Below are positions 35,520-44,644 of a stretch of DNA of 47,385 nucleotides, one piece after another. A program made the position numbers and the translations under genes. The number at the start of each line of letters is the position of its first letter. Within the stretch, counting starts at the first letter, position 1. The stretch is from a virus (taxonomy: Duplodnaviria > Caudoviricetes): positions 1-47,385 of the IMG/VR virus record IMGVR_UViG_3300033076_000501. The stretch is one strand, 5' to 3'. The notes beneath the pieces were generated by a model that saw nothing but the letters and a program-made list of their open reading frames with translations, had not been told where the DNA came from and made no database searches.

Positions 35520-37205
35520 ATGTTCCGAAAAGTTTTTACATTAAGCAACGGGGCACTACTCGTTGCACTTTCACTTAGTACCATCGCCGCATGGTACTCA
35601 ATCATTGGTCTAACCGCTATCTTTGCAGGTGCGGTTGTTCCCATTATCATCATGGGTACAGCACTTGAGTTTGCGAAGATTACAACAACAGTATGGCTAC
35701 GTAAGTATTGGCGTCGTTGTTCAATGATTATGAAAATCTATCTAGTACCAGCAGTTGTATTACTTGCATTGCTTACTAGTATGGGTATCTTTGGTTTCTT
35801 GTCAAAGGCTCACTTAGACCAAAACATTGGCTCAGGGGATGTACAGGCTCAAGTGTCCTTGCTTGACGAAAAAATCGCTACTCAGCGTGAAACTATTCGT
35901 TCAAGTAAAGCTATGTTGGCTCAAATGGATCAACAAGTTAACGACATTATGACTAAGGGCGACAGTGAAAAATCTGTTGAACGTTCGGTTGTTATTCGTA
36001 AACAACAAGCTAAAGAACGTGCCTCATTACAAAAAGATATTGAAGTTGCCAACAAAGAAATTCAGAAACTAAACGAAGAACGAGCACCTATTGCTAGTGA
36101 ACTACGTAAGGTAGAGGCAGAAGTTGGACCTATCAAATATATTGCCGCATTAATTTATGGTGACAATCCCGATGCTAACATTTTGGAACGTGCTGTTCGT
36201 TGGGTTATTATTCTACTCGTTGTCGTATTCGATCCTCTTGCTATTATGCTTGTATTGGCAGCTAACCAGTCGAAAGATTGGGACGACAACGATGACGTTG
36301 AAGAAGAAAATAAACTACGTGAAAAAGTCGAGCATGAGAAAGTAATGTCTGATATAGAAGGACATAAACCTGATGCTTGGGTAGCTGATGTAGGTGAACC
36401 TCCGACCCTAGAAGATTTAGCAGAAATCAACCATGAGTTAGCAGAGGCTCGTGTTGTTGAAGAACCGTTCATCGAAGAACCAGAAGTTGTAGTAGAAGAT
36501 ACTAGAACAATGGCTGAAAAGCACCCATATTTGAATCAACCATTCAAGCACTTTGAGAACATGACTCCAATGGTTGCTAAGACAGAAATGATTCAAGAAA
36601 ATGTAGAAGAACTCATAGAAGTAAAAGGTGAAGTGGTTGAGGATGAACAGACCGTAGAATTGCAACCTCACGAACCTGAATCACAGATCCTTACAATGGG
36701 CATTGATGTTGTTGAGCGTCCAGGTGATTATGTAACACAGCCTGAACCACAATTCGAGGGTGTTAAAGTAGAAGGTCAATGGATACAAACAGGACCTGAA
36801 TTCAAATCTGTAATTCCATCTATCAAAGTATCACGTGACAGTGATTACATCGAGTATGATGGTAAGAAGATGCACAAGACTGCTTTCAAAGCACAACATC
36901 CAGAGTTGGCACTTGAAGTTGATAATCCACGTGAACCAAGAACAGGGTTTGGTTTAACTTTTCCGTTAGCCCCTCACATTGGTGATACATTCGTCAGAAT
37001 CGACACATTCCCAAATAGAGTACTAAAGTTTAACGGTAAGCAATGGATTGAAATCGTTCGCAATACTACTGAGAGTTACCTGTCTAATACAGAATACTTA
37101 CAATTCTTAGTAGAAAAGATTGCAACCGGTGAGTATGACCCAGAAATGCTTACTGATGCAGAGGAAGACGCAATCCGTGAGCACATTCAGGGAACCAAAA
37201 CTTAA
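35520..37205 (+). CDS. Membrane-anchored coiled-coil protein
   Basis: Three N-terminal transmembrane segments, a long coiled coil, a further TM segment (IILLVVVFDPLAIMLVLAAN) and an acidic tail. TAAATA box at 35510. Confidence 0.75.
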   Translation: MFRKVFTLSNGALLVALSLSTIAAWYSIIGLTAIFAGAVVPIIIMGTALEFAKITTTVWLRKYWRRCSMIMKIYLVPAVVLLALLTSMGIFGFLSKAHLDQNIGSGDVQAQVSLLDEKIATQRETIRSSKAMLAQMDQQVNDIMTKGDSEKSVERSVVIRKQQAKERASLQKDIEVANKEIQKLNEERAPIASELRKVEAEVGPIKYIAALIYGDNPDANILERAVRWVIILLVVVFDPLAIMLVLAANQSKDWDDNDDVEEENKLREKVEHEKVMSDIEGHKPDAWVADVGEPPTLEDLAEINHELAEARVVEEPFIEEPEVVVEDTRTMAEKHPYLNQPFKHFENMTPMVAKTEMIQENVEELIEVKGEVVEDEQTVELQPHEPESQILTMGIDVVERPGDYVTQPEPQFEGVKVEGQWIQTGPEFKSVIPSIKVSRDSDYIEYDGKKMHKTAFKAQHPELALEVDNPREPRTGFGLTFPLAPHIGDTFVRIDTFPNRVLKFNGKQWIEIVRNTTESYLSNTEYLQFLVEKIATGEYDPEMLTDAEEDAIREHIQGTKT

Positions 37206-37214
37206 AAATTTAGG

Positions 37215-37243
37215 TTGACAATTAATCCCCTTGGCGTTATAAT
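37215..37243 (+). promoter_or_regulatory. Sigma70-type promoter overlapped by a long inverted repeat
   Basis: TTGACA-17-TATAAT; inverted repeat 37224-37245/37251-37271 covers the RBS. Confidence 0.75.
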
Positions 37244-37276
37244 AACATCATTATTTAACGCAAAGGGGATTTTTCC

Positions 37277-37888
37277 ATGAAACGCACACTCACAGTTTTG
37301 GCAGTCGCTACATTGATGACCGCTTGTTCTAGTATCAAGCCAAATAACCCAATCTCAGAGCAAAAGTTGTCTACCAACTTTGTAAGTGAAAAAATTAAAA
37401 TTGAGACCAAGTGCAATTACTTTGGTATGGGCTCAGATTGTAACATTGTTGCAATCGAAGCAACAGGTACAGCACCTAGTTATGGTAACACTGTTAACAA
37501 TCGCAAGACCGCATTGGTTCGTGCTGAAATGAATGCGAAGGCTCAAGTCTCTGAGTTCTTGAACAACGAAATCACAACCTCACGTGTGAACACTACTATT
37601 GCCAAGAACATTGAAAAGGCAAGTGACAAGGTTGGCTCGGGTAACGCCAATGATGGTGAAACAGTTGAAATGACTGACACCGAAGCAAAGAACGTGTCAT
37701 TGCGTGAAAACACTAATAACACAGTAGCCACATTGACCGAAACAATTCGTTCATCCTCACAAGCAGTATTGCGTGGTTTCCGCAAGATTGATGAAAAGGT
37801 TGTAGGCAACCAAGAAGTCGCAGTGACTATTCGCTGGGACATTGAATCAAATAACTCTCGTAAGCAACTCCTTAAAGCGATGCAATGA
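37277..37888 (+). CDS. Lipoprotein (LPP20-like)
   Basis: Lipobox LMTA-C; ATGTA...RAEMNAKAQVSEFL pattern. Confidence 0.7.
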   Translation: MKRTLTVLAVATLMTACSSIKPNNPISEQKLSTNFVSEKIKIETKCNYFGMGSDCNIVAIEATGTAPSYGNTVNNRKTALVRAEMNAKAQVSEFLNNEITTSRVNTTIAKNIEKASDKVGSGNANDGETVEMTDTEAKNVSLRENTNNTVATLTETIRSSSQAVLRGFRKIDEKVVGNQEVAVTIRWDIESNNSRKQLLKAMQ

Positions 37889-38871
37889 AATCAATCATTG
37901 TGATGGTCATGCTGGCATTAGTGTCAGCATGTTCATCAACCCCTGTCAAAACAAGTCAAACGGCTGACGGTGGCACAAAGATTCGTGTCACTGCAACTGG
38001 TTCAACATTTGAAGAGGCAAAATCTATTGCCTTCAATCGAGCAATCGAATATGTTGTTGGTTCTGTTATCGTAAATGAAAAAGAATCACGCAACGATAAG
38101 TTGGCTCGCAACGAAGTTTTGAATCATAGTTCAGGTTATGTTGATGACTATACAGTTATCAAAAGTACATCGTCCGGTAAATCTGTGACTGTCGAAATGG
38201 ATGTAGTTATCAAGAATAGCCGCATTGCAAATCGAATTCTGAATTCTACTGAGGGTAAACAAGCAAATATCAACGGAAACAAATTAGCTACCCAATATGG
38301 TACTTATTTAGATTCTCGGCAATCTGCTAACAATGTCATTGTCCCAATCTTAAATGACTTCCCATCCCGTGCTTATACCACAGAATTGATGAGAACTGAC
38401 TTTGGGCTTGATGTGTTTAACAATGCTCGGTTGCTTGTAGCCTATAAAGTTTCATTGAAATATGAATGGGTTATGGCAATGGACGAGGCATTAAGATTGG
38501 CGTCAGAACCTAGAGATAGAAACATCCGTCAAGAAAAAATTAAAGTCATTAAGCGAAAGCCAGGTGACTGGGTCGGTAGTAACGATGTTTATTATTTCAA
38601 TGACGTTAACTTTTATGACATGATTCATAAAAAACTAAACTATGAGGTTAGTTTTTATGGTATAGTGAAGGATCAAAACGGCAAGATAATTGCATGTGAC
38701 CTTAAAAAAATCGTTGACATTTACACAGGGTCGTATGTTGAAATCAGTAACTCGCAACCATTCTTGGTTCAGTTTGATTTTAAATTTCAACCCAATCAAG
38801 TAAAACATATTGACGCCGCGGCAAACGTTGAAACTTTTGTAAGTTTAGATTCGCGCCACTGTAACAAATGA
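37885..38871 (+). CDS. Lipoprotein (LPP20/FlgT-N-like N-domain)
   Basis: Lipobox LVSA-C; ATGSTFEEAKSIAFNRAIEYVVGS. Confidence 0.7.
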   Translation: MKSIIVMVMLALVSACSSTPVKTSQTADGGTKIRVTATGSTFEEAKSIAFNRAIEYVVGSVIVNEKESRNDKLARNEVLNHSSGYVDDYTVIKSTSSGKSVTVEMDVVIKNSRIANRILNSTEGKQANINGNKLATQYGTYLDSRQSANNVIVPILNDFPSRAYTTELMRTDFGLDVFNNARLLVAYKVSLKYEWVMAMDEALRLASEPRDRNIRQEKIKVIKRKPGDWVGSNDVYYFNDVNFYDMIHKKLNYEVSFYGIVKDQNGKIIACDLKKIVDIYTGSYVEISNSQPFLVQFDFKFQPNQVKHIDAAANVETFVSLDSRHCNK

Positions 38872-38882
38872 TAAGTAAGATA

Positions 38883-40076
38883 ATGAGTGAAGAAAAACAA
38901 TTAAACCATTGCAGTTTTTGCGGCACAAGCAAAGAGAACGTGAAGAAACTAGTCGTCGGTGACAACGCCGCGATATGTAGTGATTGTATTGAATTGTGTG
39001 AGGAGTTAGTTGAGGATGACGAAGTTGCGGAACATCAGTCAACCCCACCTGAACAAGATCCTGAATCAATTAAGGAATTCTTAGACCAGCACGTTATCGG
39101 ACAAGATGACGCTAAGATGGTTCTAAGCGTTGCTATTGCTAATCACTATAAACGTATCAACCATCCACCAAAGGATTTAGAAATTCAAAAGGGTAATGTA
39201 TTGATTGTGGGTCCAACTGGCAGTGGTAAAACACTACTTGCTAAGACTGCGGCAAAGTTTCTCAAAGTGCCCTTCATTGTAGCTGACGCAACAAGTTTAA
39301 CCGAAGCTGGATATGTAGGTGACGATGTTGAATCAATGATATCCATGTTACTAAATGCGGCTGGGGGAGACAAAGAACTAGCAGAGCGTGGAATCGTGTT
39401 CGTTGATGAAATTGACAAGATTGCCCGCAAGAGTGAAGGCTCTAGCATCACACGTGACGTATCAGGTGAAGGTGTACAACAAGCCTTGCTCAAACTAGTT
39501 GAAGGTACAACTTGTCGTGTTCCCAACTCAGGTGGACGCAAACATCCAGGTAGTGATATGGCTGAGATTAATACCAAGAACATTCTATTCATTGCAGGCG
39601 GCGCCTTCGTTGGGTTGAAAGACGTTATCGGTAAACGTATGAATGGTACTGGTATCGGTTTCAGCGCCTCATTGAAGGAAACAAAAGTCGAGGGTGAATT
39701 GAGTAAAGTTACCCCTGATGACTTGACTAAGTTTGGTATGATTCCCGAGTTCATCGGTAGATTTACAACTACCGTGAGTATCGGTGAATTGACAAAGGAA
39801 CAACTGATTCATATCCTTACAGATGTAAAGAACAACTACATCAGCCAATATAAGTATTTGCTTAAAATTGACGGAATCGAATTGACATTCACACAAGACG
39901 CATTGGAAGAAATTGCGGATCGTTGTTTGAAACTCAAAACGGGTGCCCGCGGTCTACACACTGAAATTGAGCGTGTATTGATGCCACACATGTACAAAAC
40001 TCGTTTCTATAAAGAAAATCATATTAAGCAGATAAATATTGATAAGGAGAAAGTTTTAAACCCAGAATCACTATGA
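38883..40076 (+). CDS. clpX: ATP-dependent Clp protease ATPase subunit ClpX
   Basis: CSFCG zinc domain, GPTGSGKT, EAGYVG, DEIDK, RDVSGEGVQQALLK, RKHP, IGF loop, TGARGL. Confidence 0.97.
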   Translation: MSEEKQLNHCSFCGTSKENVKKLVVGDNAAICSDCIELCEELVEDDEVAEHQSTPPEQDPESIKEFLDQHVIGQDDAKMVLSVAIANHYKRINHPPKDLEIQKGNVLIVGPTGSGKTLLAKTAAKFLKVPFIVADATSLTEAGYVGDDVESMISMLLNAAGGDKELAERGIVFVDEIDKIARKSEGSSITRDVSGEGVQQALLKLVEGTTCRVPNSGGRKHPGSDMAEINTKNILFIAGGAFVGLKDVIGKRMNGTGIGFSASLKETKVEGELSKVTPDDLTKFGMIPEFIGRFTTTVSIGELTKEQLIHILTDVKNNYISQYKYLLKIDGIELTFTQDALEEIADRCLKLKTGARGLHTEIERVLMPHMYKTRFYKENHIKQINIDKEKVLNPESL

Positions 40077-40291
40077 AAAAAGGAATGAGAGTACAAGTTC
40101 ACGACGGCAACGTAGAAAAAGCGTTACGCAAATTTAAAAAGAAAATTACCGAATCCGGTAAACTACAGGAAGTAAGGGATAGACAAGAATTTGTCAAACC
40201 CACGACTGAGCGTAAGATTAAAGCAGGGCAAGCACAAAGCCGCTGGAAGAAACACTTACGTAGTCAGCAACTTCCACCCAAAATGTATTAA
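40073..40291 (+). CDS. rpsU: Ribosomal protein bS21
   Basis: VEKALRKFKKK...G...EVRDRQEFVKPTTERK. Confidence 0.88.
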   Translation: MKKGMRVQVHDGNVEKALRKFKKKITESGKLQEVRDRQEFVKPTTERKIKAGQAQSRWKKHLRSQQLPPKMY

Positions 40292-40292
40292 C

Positions 40293-40658
40293 ATGAAAAT
40301 AAATGAAATTTTAACTGAGTCAGTTGGTCATGACACACTGTGGCATGGCACTTCCGAACCAGTTGAAGTCATTCAACAGCAAGGGTTAAAGGGTGGCAGA
40401 CACCATGCAGTGTTCTTGACTGACAATCCTGACTTAGCACTTGAGTATGGCGTTACCGACCAAGAGCGCACTGGTAATGATACAGTCACACTAGTTAGTG
40501 TCAACGTTAAAATGCTTGACACTAGATTGCTAGTTGGTGACTTAGACCATACTACAGTGGATAATTGGGTCGAAAGTTTAAAAGAAACTGACCAATGTAT
40601 GTACTTAGGAGACATATCTCCTAATATGCTTCTCAATGTAGAAGATTATTCAGATTAA
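40293..40658 (+). CDS. ADP-ribosyltransferase-fold protein (Tpt1/KptA C-domain-like), putative virion-internal
   Basis: N-terminus MKINEILTE; LWHGTS...IQQQGL...VFLTDNPDLALEYG. Confidence 0.6.
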   Translation: MKINEILTESVGHDTLWHGTSEPVEVIQQQGLKGGRHHAVFLTDNPDLALEYGVTDQERTGNDTVTLVSVNVKMLDTRLLVGDLDHTTVDNWVESLKETDQCMYLGDISPNMLLNVEDYSD

Positions 40659-40707
40659 CCCATTAATATACAAATATTTTACGCAACCGTGTAAAATATA
40701 TAAGTAC

Positions 40708-40762
40708 ATGCAGATGCTATTTTAGGTCTGCATTTATAAAAATCTTGCTTTACTAAAGGAGA
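40708..40762 (+). promoter_or_regulatory. ROSE-like RNA thermometer leader of dnaK
   Basis: Hairpin at 40708-40733, then TCTTGCTTT/AAAGGAGA pairing with a bulged G over the Shine-Dalgarno sequence. Confidence 0.55.
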
Positions 40763-40767
40763 AACAA

Positions 40768-42672
40768 ATGAGCAAAGTAATCGGTATCGACCTCGGTACA
40801 ACCAATTCGTGTGTAGCCATTATCGAGAATGGCGTGACTAAAGTTATTGAAAACTCAGAAGGCGCACGTACAACCCCATCAGTCGTAGCATACACACAAG
40901 ATGAAATTCTTGTTGGCGCTAGTGCTAAACGACAAGCAGTTACAAACCCAAAGAACACTATCTACGCCGCGAAGCGTTTGATTGGTCGTAAGTTCAAAGA
41001 AGAAGCCGTACAGAAAGACATTGATTTGATGCCATATCAAATCGTTGAAAACTCAAACGGTGACGCATGGGTCAAAGCACAAGACAAAGACTTGGCACCC
41101 CCACAAATCTCAGCAGAAGTTCTACGTAAGATGAAGAAAACTGCCGAAGATTATCTAGGTGAAGAAGTCACTAAAGCAGTAATCACAGTTCCAGCATACT
41201 TTAATGATAGTCAACGTCAAGCAACAAAAGACGCAGGTCGCATCGCTGGTCTAGAAGTATTGCGTATTATCAACGAACCAACAGCGGCTGCATTGGCATA
41301 CGGTGTTGATAAAGCTGACAAGAAAGACCGCAAAGTTGCAGTCTATGACTTGGGTGGTGGTACATTTGACGTATCTATCATTGAAATCGCAAACGTTGAT
41401 ACTGATAAACAAATTGAAGTTCTATCTACGAATGGTGATACATTCTTAGGTGGTGAAGACTTTGACCAACGCATCATGGATTTCTTAGTTGATGAATTTA
41501 AGAAAGAATCAGGCATTGATTTGAAATCTGATGTATTGGCATTGCAACGTTTGAAAGAAGCCGCGGAAAAAGCAAAGATTGAATTAAGTAGTTCGGCTCA
41601 GACAGACGTTAACTTGCCATACGTTACAGCAGATGCGACAGGTCCAAAGCACTTGAACGTTAAACTTACACGTGCTAAATTTGAATCATTGGTACAAGAT
41701 TTGATTGAGCGTTCACTTGCACCTTGCCGTCAAGCAATGAAAGATGCAGGCGTATCTACAAACGACATTGACGAAGTTATCTTGGTCGGCGGTCAAACTC
41801 GTATGCCTAAAGTACAAGAAGCAGTTGAACAACTATTCGGTAAGGCACCACGTAAAGACGTTAACCCAGACGAAGCAGTTGCCGCAGGTGCTGCTATTCA
41901 AGGTAGTGTCTTGGCAGGTGACAGAAAAGACGTTCTATTGTTAGACGTTACCCCACTATCATTGGGTATCGAAACAATGGGCGGGGTATTCACTAAAGTC
42001 ATTCAGAAGAATACAACAATCCCAACTAAGGCTTCACAAACTTTCAGTACTGCGGAAGACAATCAACCAGCAGTTACAATCAAAGTTGGTCAAGGTGAAC
42101 GTGAGTTGTTCAAGTTCAACAAGATTCTTGGTGAGTTCAACTTAGATGGTATCGCTCCTGCTCCACGCGGCATGCCTCAAATCGAAGTTACATTTGATAT
42201 TGACGCAAACGGTATCATGCACATTAGTGCTAAAGACAAAGGCACTGGCAAAGAGAACAAGATTACTATCAAATCAGATAGTGGCTTGAAGGAAGACGAA
42301 ATTCAACAAATGGTTCGTGAAGCAGAAGAAAACGCAGAACAGGACAAGAAACAAGTTGAATTGATTCAAGCTAAGAATAATGCTGAAGGTACGTTGAACA
42401 CATTCAAGAAAGACTTTGACCAATACAAGGATCAAGTCACTGAAGAAGAACGTACTAAAGCAGAAGAAGCATTCAATGCACTTGAAGAAGCACTGAAGGG
42501 CGATGATGCAGAAGCTATTACCAATGCAGTACCTAAAGTATACGAAGCAATGGGTCCTATCACTGGTAAAAAGTATGAAGCCGAAGAAGCAGCCAAGAAG
42601 GCAGCAGAAGGCGCAACAGAATCTAAGGCAGATGATAATGTCGTAGATGCAGAGGTAAAAGAATCTAAGTGA
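40768..42672 (+). CDS. dnaK: Hsp70 chaperone DnaK
   Basis: [64 protein letters not shown]. Confidence 0.98.
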   Translation: MSKVIGIDLGTTNSCVAIIENGVTKVIENSEGARTTPSVVAYTQDEILVGASAKRQAVTNPKNTIYAAKRLIGRKFKEEAVQKDIDLMPYQIVENSNGDAWVKAQDKDLAPPQISAEVLRKMKKTAEDYLGEEVTKAVITVPAYFNDSQRQATKDAGRIAGLEVLRIINEPTAAALAYGVDKADKKDRKVAVYDLGGGTFDVSIIEIANVDTDKQIEVLSTNGDTFLGGEDFDQRIMDFLVDEFKKESGIDLKSDVLALQRLKEAAEKAKIELSSSAQTDVNLPYVTADATGPKHLNVKLTRAKFESLVQDLIERSLAPCRQAMKDAGVSTNDIDEVILVGGQTRMPKVQEAVEQLFGKAPRKDVNPDEAVAAGAAIQGSVLAGDRKDVLLLDVTPLSLGIETMGGVFTKVIQKNTTIPTKASQTFSTAEDNQPAVTIKVGQGERELFKFNKILGEFNLDGIAPAPRGMPQIEVTFDIDANGIMHISAKDKGTGKENKITIKSDSGLKEDEIQQMVREAEENAEQDKKQVELIQAKNNAEGTLNTFKKDFDQYKDQVTEEERTKAEEAFNALEEALKGDDAEAITNAVPKVYEAMGPITGKKYEAEEAAKKAAEGATESKADDNVVDAEVKESK

Positions 42673-42683
42673 TTCTAATATAA

Positions 42684-42729
42684 GCCGGGTGCTTCGGGCC
42701 CGGCGTCAATTCTTGCTTAATTAAGGAGA
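42684..42729 (+). promoter_or_regulatory. ROSE-like RNA thermometer leader of hsp20
   Basis: GC-rich cUUCGg hairpin at 42684-42704, then TCTTGCTT/AAGGAGA with a bulged G. Confidence 0.6.
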
Positions 42730-42735
42730 TATAAA

Positions 42736-43188
42736 ATGACACAAGAAAACAGAACTTTAACACTAAGAGCGTTGGACATCCCAACCATTCACAAATTTGG
42801 CATCGGCTTTGACCAAATGTTTGATGAATTGATGAGAACAACATCAAAACAATCAACTAACTATCCACCCCATAACATTCTAAAGATTGATGAAAACAAT
42901 TTTGTCATTCAATTAGCAGTCGCTGGATTCGGTGATGGTGAGATTGACATTCAAGTAGAAGGTCAAGTATTGTCAATCGTTGGTAGTTCTACCAGTGATA
43001 ACAAATACGGTGCAGAATACTTGATTCGTGGAATCAGTATGCGTGACTTTGAACGTACATTCACTTTGGCTGAGCATGTCGAAGTTAAGAACGCCGAAAT
43101 CACAAACGGTATCTTGTCAATCGAATTGGAACGAATCATTCCAGTTGAAAAATTACCCAAGAAAATTGACATTAAGTTCAATAAATAA
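42736..43188 (+). CDS. ibpA: Small heat-shock protein (Hsp20/IbpA-like)
   Basis: IGFDQMF, NYPPHNI, LAVAGF, YLIRGISMRDFERTFTL, NGILSIEL. Confidence 0.93.
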   Translation: MTQENRTLTLRALDIPTIHKFGIGFDQMFDELMRTTSKQSTNYPPHNILKIDENNFVIQLAVAGFGDGEIDIQVEGQVLSIVGSSTSDNKYGAEYLIRGISMRDFERTFTLAEHVEVKNAEITNGILSIELERIIPVEKLPKKIDIKFNK

Positions 43189-43241
43189 TATAATATAAAC
43201 ATAGTGCGGGGATAGTCTCCGCACTTCTCTAGGAAACTAAC

Positions 43242-43544
43242 ATGGCAGATACCCAAATTACAATTAAACCCAATCTTAAATTGTCAGAACCTCCGTTGTA
43301 CAAAGTCATCTACATGAATGATGACACCACTACAATGGATTTCGTTGTACGTAGTTTGGTTGACCATTTCAACTATAACGTAGACACCGCGGCTCACATT
43401 ACAACTAGCATCCATGATGATGGTTCTGCTGTTGTCGCAGTCTTACCGTATGAAATTGCAGAACAAAAGGGTATAGAAGTTACTCTTGACGCACGTGCAG
43501 AGGGATTCCCATTGCAAGTTAAAGTCGAGGCTAGTGAAGGTTAA
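43242..43544 (+). CDS. clpS: Clp protease adaptor ClpS
   Basis: PPLYKVIYMNDDTTTMDFVV, IHDDGSAVV, YEIAEQK, FPLQV. Confidence 0.92.
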   Translation: MADTQITIKPNLKLSEPPLYKVIYMNDDTTTMDFVVRSLVDHFNYNVDTAAHITTSIHDDGSAVVAVLPYEIAEQKGIEVTLDARAEGFPLQVKVEASEG

Positions 43545-44236
43545 AGTATAACTTCAATGCGTTTAGCGTGATAGGGTTCTCTATCATGCTTTGGATTATT
43601 AACATAGTTGATACGATTAATAGTTGTATCAACTATTTTTCCATGTGTGGCATAAACCCAATGCGAGATTTTATGCTCGGTGTCACTAGACTCTACATTG
43701 TCTAATGTGATACTAGACAATACACCAACATCTTCACCGAAGTATAGTTTGTTTGATGGTACACAGTTGGACATGACTATGATTTTTCTAACGTCAACAT
43801 GTAATTGTAATCGTTCGATTGTCTTTTGTAGATATAATAAGTCATCTAAAAAGTTGGTTTGAAGTTGCATTTCATCCGATGATGAATGTGTCTCGTAATT
43901 CTTATACCAACCATTGATACCCACGATAGCAACACCATCTACTACAACTACGTTATTATGTAGATAAACGACATTGCGTAGTTTACTACATTGTTTCCCG
44001 ATATTGTCTACTAACTCATCACGTTCATATGGGTCGTTAACTTCTAGTGTACCGTCAATAAAGAACACACCCTGATACTGAGAACTCAAGTGATGGAGTA
44101 CTTTAAGAGTAGTCTTTAAATTAGATGAGATGTTTCCTGCCACTAGGCAGAACAGGCTAGTGGGTTTTCCTTCCCAATCAAAGACTGCGCCCTCGTTCAA
44201 ATTCAAGTCGCTTATGATATCAAAACCAATTGTCAT
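43541..44236 (-). CDS. Calcineurin-like metallophosphoesterase-fold protein with degenerate active site
   Basis: ISDLNL, VAGNI, IDGTLE, MSNCVP and WVYATH stand in place of DxH, GD, GNHE, HxxP and GHxH. Confidence 0.65.
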   Translation of the reverse strand: MTIGFDIISDLNLNEGAVFDWEGKPTSLFCLVAGNISSNLKTTLKVLHHLSSQYQGVFFIDGTLEVNDPYERDELVDNIGKQCSKLRNVVYLHNNVVVVDGVAIVGINGWYKNYETHSSSDEMQLQTNFLDDLLYLQKTIERLQLHVDVRKIIVMSNCVPSNKLYFGEDVGVLSSITLDNVESSDTEHKISHWVYATHGKIVDTTINRINYVNNPKHDREPYHAKRIEVIL

Positions 44237-44247
44237 AGAGTATTTAT

Positions 44248-44272
44248 AAAAAAAGGGACCGAAGTCCCTTTT
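44248..44272 (-). terminator. Intrinsic (probably bidirectional) terminator
   Basis: On the minus strand: GGGAC-TTCG-GTCCC followed by T7. Confidence 0.8.
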
Positions 44273-44289
44273 ATAGTAGCATATTTAGA

Positions 44290-44559
44290 TTATGCTTTTG
44301 GCTTTTTAGCTTTAGCGGCTGGCTTCTTTGCAGGTGCCTTTGCTTTAGCTGGAGCCTTAGTAGATGCCTTCTTAGCTGGTGCCTTCTTAGCTGGTTTTGC
44401 TACAGGTGCAGCTTCTACTGGTTGAGCATTGACTGCTTCAACTTTAGCTTCAGGTGTTTCTACTTTGTACGGTGCTGCTTCAACAACTTGTTCTTCTTTC
44501 TTGCGAGTTAGCAAGTAAATGATAGCTGCGACTACAGCGATTCCTACGATAATTTCCAT
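44290..44559 (-). CDS. Membrane-anchored protein with histone-like PAKKA-rich tail
   Basis: N-terminal transmembrane helix, AAGGAG ribosome-binding site, upstream TAAATA box. Confidence 0.75.
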   Translation of the reverse strand: MEIIVGIAVVAAIIYLLTRKKEEQVVEAAPYKVETPEAKVEAVNAQPVEAAPVAKPAKKAPAKKASTKAPAKAKAPAKKPAAKAKKPKA

Positions 44560-44644
44560 GTTTTTCTCCTTAAACTAGTTTGATGGACAAATTTATTTAG
44601 TATATGTATACTTAACGCAAAAATTTCCGGTTAAATAAAGTATC

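Noticed and set aside
1397-40958. Numerous 60-190 aa minus-strand and alternate-frame ORFs in the supplied track (e.g. 4859-5089, 9030-9341, 19545-19937, 39185-39754)
   Set aside because: They lie wholly inside well-supported + strand genes and have no RBS or recognisable motif, so they are treated as shadow ORFs.
38883-43544. Bacterial chromosomal contamination (clpX/dnaK/ibpA/clpS)
   Set aside because: The gene order is unlike bacterial operons (no tig, lon, dnaJ or clpA neighbours), the genes are interleaved with phage-type ORFs and promoter motifs, and base composition looks continuous with the flanks.
44295-44410. Short tandem-like DNA repeats (gccttcttagctgg)
   Set aside because: They are explained by the PAKKA-type repeats of the encoded histone-like tail.
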